A DNA stretch of 64,000 nucleotides from a virus, in the IMG/VR virus record IMGVR_UViG_3300025161_000007, positions 3,496 to 67,495 of that record; one strand, 5' to 3'. This document shows, one piece after another, positions 58,956 to 64,000 of this stretch (positions are counted from its first letter, which is position 1; each line of letters begins with the position of its first letter). The notes under the pieces are model-generated. The model ran no database searches and was not told where the DNA came from. It worked only from the letters and a program-made list of their open reading frames with translations. A program made the position numbers and the translations under genes.

Positions 58956-59006
58956 ATTATATCATGATCGCCGCGAATTTGCAAGTGTAGTAAAGATGTG
59001 TATAAT
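58956..59006. promoter_or_regulatory. Back-to-back promoters sharing one palindromic -35
   Basis: TTGCAA (58979-84) with TATAAT 17 nt away on minus (58961-56, extended TG) and 16 nt away on plus (59001-06). Confidence 0.7.
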
Positions 59007-59015
59007 AGAATTGCC

Positions 59016-59219
59016 ATGAGATACGCTGACGTGTACATCCGAGTTTGTGAAGAGGGAACTGACGTAGAGGTCTCAGCCGGCATCCTGAAGTGCAAGGCAG
59101 TGAACATCGCCATGCGCGAGGGACAGGATGGCTACGTCACCCTCACCGTCCCCCTCGAAGCCTGCGATATCGAGGGGCGACTGGCCTATGTCAAGGGTAG
59201 GCCAAAAAAGAATATCTGA
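59016..59219 (+). CDS. Hypothetical protein (probably leaderless)
   Basis: ATG 9 nt after the -10 box; no RBS. Confidence 0.5.
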   Translation: MRYADVYIRVCEEGTDVEVSAGILKCKAVNIAMREGQDGYVTLTVPLEACDIEGRLAYVKGRPKKNI

Positions 59220-59563
59220 CACACCTGGTCTTCCAGGCACAGGCTAAACTGGAGCCGGATATATGGCGTAACCGAGGGTACCTCGCAGGAGGAATGTCGC
59301 CCGTCCCCATCACGTTACTGGGAACTTCCGGGATGATCCCCAACAATGGGGTGCCGCCGCGAAAGTGGACAATGCAGGGCATCAGTGCAGGGCACCGGCT
59401 GCGTCTCGCAAGAGTAAGTCCACAAGTAGGCTCTCTGAGCGCTCACAGAAGGCGCTCTCTGTGCTTTATACCTTACATTCAGTTAGCGGAGAACAACGTT
59501 AATAGTAAGAATACAGTAATAGAATGTGCTCGATTTTTCAAAAAGTTTGTGGGAGGTGATCGT

Positions 59564-59896
59564 TTGTTACCAGGGGTATTCCAGATTACGCGGGTGATGG
59601 AGGAGATCCGGAGATGGGTCCATGAATTCCCGACTGAGGGTCGTTCCCCTGCTCAGGTCGTGGCTTCTTTAACTGAGGAGCTAGGTGAGTTTGCGGGGGC
59701 CATTATGCGCGATGAAGAGGACGCTGCTGCCGAAGAACTGGCTGATTTACTCTTCGTGGCGCTCAAGGCCTTCCATTTGCTGGGATTAGACCCAGAAGCA
59801 CTCACGAAAGTCGCTGAGAAGAACAGCAGAAAGACCAGGGAGACGTGCTATGTCACAGACGCCGGAAAGATTGTCAGACGCACTCAGGAGAATTGA
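59564..59896 (+). CDS. MazG-like nucleotide pyrophosphohydrolase
   Basis: LTEELGEFA...EELADLLF; GGAGGTGA RBS before TTG. Confidence 0.8.
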   Translation: MLPGVFQITRVMEEIRRWVHEFPTEGRSPAQVVASLTEELGEFAGAIMRDEEDAAAEELADLLFVALKAFHLLGLDPEALTKVAEKNSRKTRETCYVTDAGKIVRRTQEN

Positions 59897-59907
59897 GGAG
59901 GACATCA

Positions 59908-60192
59908 ATGACCTCGCGTACCGCATCAGGGTACTCGAAAGGATCGCCCACAACTTACAAGCTGATCCCACTATCGGAAGCACAGGGGAGAAGGATGCTG
60001 GCAGTACTTAAGGACCTATCTCCAGGAGTAGAAGCGCTCGTCTTCGAGGGAAATGCCATCGTAGTCACAGTTGCCGCTTACTCGCTGGGGGTCAACGCGA
60101 TCTATCACCCAATCGTCACCTCCAATGGCGCAGAGAGAGTCACCTCCTGGGCGGAAGAGCTCAAAAAAAGGGGCTACCATGTGGAAGGATGA
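59908..60192 (+). CDS. Hypothetical protein
   Basis: GAGGAGG RBS. Confidence 0.6.
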   Translation: MTSRTASGYSKGSPTTYKLIPLSEAQGRRMLAVLKDLSPGVEALVFEGNAIVVTVAAYSLGVNAIYHPIVTSNGAERVTSWAEELKKRGYHVEG

Positions 60193-60562
60193 AGAACGAC
60201 GCATCGCAAAGCTCTTCTGCGGCACGCGAACGGGGAATCTGGGGTCTAATACCCCCGATGTAACCACCGATACCCTCGCCATCGAGGTCAAAGAGCGCCA
60301 ATCCTTACCCAAATGGCTCTGGAAAGCCATCGACCAGGCCCGTACCAACGCCCAAAACCGCATCCCTATCGTCATCCTTCACGAGAAAAACCGTAAACGA
60401 CGACTCATCCTCATGGAGCTAGATACCCTTCAGAGGCTACTATGTCCACCGATTGCGACCACTCCTTCCGAACTATCTCTACCTTCCGCGAACGTAAGGG
60501 ACGTAAAACCGTCCGTATCTCCGTCATCGAATGCACCAAGTGCAAATACCGAACCAGAATAG
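60179..60562 (+). CDS. PD-(D/E)XK nuclease, Holliday-junction-resolvase-like
   Basis: WKDEERRIAK...PDV...IEVKER. Confidence 0.75.
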   Translation: MWKDEERRIAKLFCGTRTGNLGSNTPDVTTDTLAIEVKERQSLPKWLWKAIDQARTNAQNRIPIVILHEKNRKRRLILMELDTLQRLLCPPIATTPSELSLPSANVRDVKPSVSPSSNAPSANTEPE

Positions 60563-60614
60563 AGCGCAAATAGCCAGGCGCAAGGGGGAAGAGGCCACCC
60601 CTTCCCCCTTACCC

Positions 60615-60716
60615 TCATAACTCAATCCACTTCGCTACACCTCCTACATCCACCAAAACACCTCCCTCCCCCACATACATGACCTCATACCAGTCGCCGT
60701 CAATGTAGATCGTCAT
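60615..60716 (-). CDS. 33-aa hypothetical protein
   Basis: GGAGGTGA RBS; MTIYIDGDWYEV... Confidence 0.45.
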   Translation of the reverse strand: MTIYIDGDWYEVMYVGEGGVLVDVGGVAKWIEL

Positions 60717-61171
60717 GGTTCACCTCCACTCACCAGCTTGCTATTCCATACCCACACGGGGAATATGAGCACACATGATAGAAATAGGCTTGTGTACATG
60801 CCAGACTGTCGCTAGACTAGAGGTGAGCGGGAGATGGGATTGTGGACAGAACCGGAGGGAGCAGAATTTTTGGTGGGGTATTAAGGTGGCACTCTTAAAG
60901 GGCAAAAGTGATCCCACCCCCCCCCACATAGCATGTTGTGCACGCCGCCATAGGGGGGCGTGTGTGGGAGGGAAGGGTCCGTGAAGTTGGGCCTGCCGCC
61001 TGAGGGAGTTGGGGGATCGTGGGAGAGAAGGCAGGGGAGCGCGTCTTGGGAAGGGGAGCTCTGATTGTGAGAGACGGCGACTGCCTACGGCGAGGCTTCA
61101 GTGAGCAGAGCGAGACTCTGCTAATTGAAGCCGCCGGCTGCTGAGAGGCGGCTGTAAGCAGCGGAGGTCGT

Positions 61172-61534
61172 ATGGCAGGGGAGCTCGTGCTGGCGAGGGT
61201 CGGGCAGGCAGTGCAAGCGGACATTAAGTTGCAGATCACCTATAGCAGTAAGGGACTACAGAAGGGGTGGACGTGGATTCCGCAACTTGGTCCTTCGCGG
61301 GACCTGTTCGCCCAGTATATGGACTGGTGCCGTGCCGGTCTCTGGCCGGCGATGTGGGAGGAGTACAGGCTGGCGTTTGAGGCTGAGCTTAATCAGCCTC
61401 GCCAGCAGGCGTATCTGAAGCGTATCGCCCTGCGTATCCAGCAGGGCAGGCGAGTAGCAATCGCCTGCTTCTGCCCGGAAGAGCGATTCTGCCACCGCAG
61501 CCTTGTCGCAGCAGCAGTGAAGAAGCTGCTGTGA
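61172..61534 (+). CDS. DUF488-family protein
   Basis: IPQLGPSRDL...WEEY...ACFCPEERFCHRSLVA. Confidence 0.75.
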   Translation: MAGELVLARVGQAVQADIKLQITYSSKGLQKGWTWIPQLGPSRDLFAQYMDWCRAGLWPAMWEEYRLAFEAELNQPRQQAYLKRIALRIQQGRRVAIACFCPEERFCHRSLVAAAVKKLL

Positions 61535-61664
61535 TAGGGGAGCGAAGTTCGCCGTAGGTGGTTCACGAGAACTGCCTGCGGCGAATTTCGCATTGCCAGA
61601 GCGTTGACTCTGGTAATTGAAACCGGCAGCTGCTGAGAGCCGGTTGCAAGCAGCGGAGGTTGCT

Positions 61665-61913
61665 ATGTTTCACGGTGCTACCATCCCCTTCCTGGAGACA
61701 TGCCCTGTCTGCGGTGACCCGATGACCGCGGACCAGCAAGTGGATGGGATCTGCATTGCCTGCGCAGAGCTTGCTCTGCCAGGCGACTGCGAGCATGACT
61801 GGATCGCAGTGCAAAACCGCCTGGACGACGACGGCTATCAGGTGGCACCGTTCTCGGTCTGGGTCTGCCGCATCTGTGCGGCAGTTATGACAGACGAGGA
61901 GGCCCCATTCTAA
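61665..61913 (+). CDS. Zn-finger hypothetical protein
   Basis: CPVC, CIAC, CEHDW, CRIC; GGAGG RBS. Confidence 0.65.
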   Translation: MFHGATIPFLETCPVCGDPMTADQQVDGICIACAELALPGDCEHDWIAVQNRLDDDGYQVAPFSVWVCRICAAVMTDEEAPF

Positions 61914-62226
61914 CAGAATCGCCGCAGGTGGTCGCGAGACTGCCTGCGGCGTTATTCTCGTTGCCAGAGTCAGGCCCCTCCCTCAGTTACGGGACAGGAA
62001 GAGGGAGGGGTCTGAGAGTTAGACTCGCCCCTTCCTGAGAGTCGCCGGGCAGCGGCGCGCCCAGGAGGGGGGCGGGAGGGGTGGGAAGTATGGGGGGAAA
62101 AATGTGCTATCGGGCCAGGCGCATTTTCCCCCTATAGGCAAATTCCTCGCTTCCCACCCTCTGGAATTGCCTTCGGCGAATATCGTGTTGCTAGAGTGCT
62201 CTAGCAATCTCACAAAGGAGGCAGTG

Positions 62227-62607
62227 ATGAGAGTGATCATTGCCGTTGACGGATCGTGTATCGGCAACCCAGGCCCCGGAGCCTGGGCTGCCATCATGAT
62301 CTATGGACAGCACAGGAAGGAGTTGGTGGGAGCAGAGCCAGCAACCACCAACTCCAGAATGGAGTTAGTGGCGGCCATCAGGGGGCTTCAGGCCCTCAAG
62401 CGTCCGTGTGAAGTAGAGCTTCACACGGACAGTTCGTACGTTGCAGGCGTAGTGTCCGGGCGCTATGCCTGCAAGACCAACCTGGACCTGGTCGGGGAGC
62501 TAAGGTCCCTGACCAGGGTCCACAAAGTCCAGGTCGTCCGCAGTGAGGACGACCTGGTGAAGCGGGCGCACAGCCTGGCACTGGCAGAAGCCAGGCTATG
62601 CGCCTGA
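62227..62607 (+). CDS. rnhA: Ribonuclease HI
   Basis: [14 protein letters not shown]; [10 protein letters not shown]; HTDSSYV. Confidence 0.9.
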   Translation: MRVIIAVDGSCIGNPGPGAWAAIMIYGQHRKELVGAEPATTNSRMELVAAIRGLQALKRPCEVELHTDSSYVAGVVSGRYACKTNLDLVGELRSLTRVHKVQVVRSEDDLVKRAHSLALAEARLCA

Positions 62608-62729
62608 GCGAATCTCGCCGAAGGCAAGCGCTATAATTGCCTTCGGCGAGATTTGCATTGCCAGACTGTTGAGTCTGGTAATCAAAGCCAGCAGCGCCGG
62701 AGGGCTGGCTGAAAGGCGCGGAGGGTAAT

Positions 62730-63185
62730 ATGGTAGTTTATTTCACGAGCCAGGGCTCGGTGGAGACCGAGCTCGTGGCCGTCACGTTCTTCCCCTCATG
62801 CGAGGGGATGGACCCATCCGCCTATGGGTGGATAGATGGATACAAGTTTGCTGCTGACACGGATCATGCAACGATCTATGTTCCGTCCTGGTGGCGGGTC
62901 CACCAGGTAGCAAAGGAAGCGGTGAAGCAGGGCATCCTTATTGCTGAGGAGTGCCGATCCTGCGAGATCGTCCGGCGCGTCCTGGAGACGGCCGGCAAGC
63001 ACTGGAGCTACCGCGGGGATATCATCTACCTCCGCGGAGAACCGTTCGCATACTTCCGTCACGTGGACGACGAAGTCCACGAGGCGGGAGTAGTCGGGGT
63101 CCCCGACGAGATCGGGGACCCCGATTGGAACGAGTTTACCATGAGGGAGATGTCAGATTTCCTCTCCCGCATGGCGTACGGATGA
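62730..63185 (+). CDS. Hypothetical protein
   Basis: GGAGG RBS after the pseudoknot. Confidence 0.65.
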   Translation: MVVYFTSQGSVETELVAVTFFPSCEGMDPSAYGWIDGYKFAADTDHATIYVPSWWRVHQVAKEAVKQGILIAEECRSCEIVRRVLETAGKHWSYRGDIIYLRGEPFAYFRHVDDEVHEAGVVGVPDEIGDPDWNEFTMREMSDFLSRMAYG

Positions 63186-63326
63186 TCCGCTCGCCGCAGG
63201 TAGCCAACTGCCTGCGGCGATATCCGCATTGCCAGACCATTGAGTCTGGTAACTCGTCCTTCCCACAAAGCCTATGCTCACCTCAACAAGGAGGGGGCCA
63301 AAAGGCCGGGGAAGGCAGCGGAATTA

Positions 63327-63905
63327 CCCGCCCTGGGCCGTGGCGGGATACAAGTAACGGCCCCTTTTTTGAAGCAGTAAATGCCCTCGCGGGCATTGGC
63401 GACCGGCGGTGCGCCGGTCGCCAAAATCTACAAGGGGAGGTACAACATGGCAACAGCAGTGGCAGTGGTAAAGGTGTCATTTTTCTGGGGCGGCGGCCAG
63501 GGAAGCTACGGGCCGTCGTTCAATGTCAGGGTAGCAGTAGAGATCGACGCCATGGGGGAGATCCCCATGGAGATTCGGTCGCACCTGCCTCTGGCAGGGC
63601 AGCCGTTTGACGAAACGTGGGGCGGGCGCGTCGCCCGCCTCCGCGTACTCGACAACGAGTACGGCCCGTATCCCACATGGGCCGCCTGCGTGGCGGCCGC
63701 CGAGGCCGCGATCGCGCGGATCGCGGCAGAGGCCGCCGCGATCCGCGCCGACCGCGCCGCGCGCGGCGAGATTCCCGCAGATATCGAGCGGGAGATCGAT
63801 CTATAGGTTTCGCCGCCCTGGCCGCGGCGGGGTATAAATAGCGGTCTTCTCGTTAGAAGCACGAATGCCCGCGAGGGCATTGGCGACCGGCGCACTACCG
63901 GCGCC
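63327..63905 (+). repeat. Second repeat family, two copies (63327-63422, 63813-63905): pseudoknot + two hairpins
   Basis: CCGCC-ct-GGCCGy-GGCGG...rCGGyC; GAAGCA; AATGCCC-N4-GGGCATT; GGCGACCGG hairpin. Confidence 0.8.
63447..63806 (+). CDS. Hypothetical protein (paralogue of 4571 and 5817 ORFs)
   Basis: GGGGAGG RBS; shared motifs. Confidence 0.7.
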   Translation: MATAVAVVKVSFFWGGGQGSYGPSFNVRVAVEIDAMGEIPMEIRSHLPLAGQPFDETWGGRVARLRVLDNEYGPYPTWAACVAAAEAAIARIAAEAAAIRADRAARGEIPADIEREIDL

Positions 63906-63954
63906 GAAATTCACGGTCTGCCGGCCTCACCGCAAGACCGGCAAGGAGGAAGAG

Positions 63955-64000
63955 ATGTCAAAAGTGGACTTCGGATATCCATACGGGGTGATCAGGCTTC
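63955..64000 (+). CDS. Partial ORF running off the window
   Basis: AAGGAGG RBS; MSKVDFGYPYGVIRL. Confidence 0.5.
   Translation, partial: MSKVDFGYPYGVIRL

Larger units (their letters stand above)
61080..63252 (+). repeat. Six dispersed intergenic elements (hairpin 1 + hairpin 2, with or without a pseudoknot)
   Basis: Copies at ~61080, 61548, 61920, 62166, 62611 and 63191; core TGCCTnCGGCG-N7-10-TTGCyAGA..TCTrGyAA (hairpin 2 divergent in the first copy, partial in the third). Confidence 0.85.

Noticed and set aside
63327-63370. Pistol or HDV-like ribozyme
   Set aside because: The P1, pseudoknot and AAAUA-like linker resemble pistol superficially, but the P2/P3 arrangement and conserved catalytic residues are not evident.

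Overview
The window is most of a temperate, probably siphovirus-type, tailed phage genome of high GC. A Chloroflexota/Anaerolineae-like host is a weak inference from protein style only. Plus-strand arm (1-26.3 kb): radical SAM, SSB, a 753-aa single-chain two-barrel RNA polymerase of the YonO/QDE-1 (cellular RdRP) type, many small accessory genes, RadC, GT4, tRNA-Leu(TAA) beside a tyrosine integrase and repressor, split ThyX, class II RNR, helicase, Cas4-like nuclease, Sak4-like ATPase and a sliding clamp. This arm also has a 547-aa protein with a TerD-like C-terminus followed by a separately promoted array of three covarying stem-loop ncRNA units. Minus-strand arm (58.9-26.3 kb): glycosyltransferase/methyltransferase cluster, HNH, TerL, portal, phosphoesterase, scaffold, major capsid, adaptors, tail tube, frameshifted tail chaperones, a 2935-aa tape-measure-like protein carrying a sigma-70 region-2-like segment, tail proteins, and a holin paired with a CHAT-like protease instead of a recognisable endolysin. 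The right end (61-64 kb) is a cassette-like region where short genes are separated by repeated double hairpins and RBS-abutting pseudoknots with compensatory base changes. All calls come from reading motifs by eye; no searches were run.
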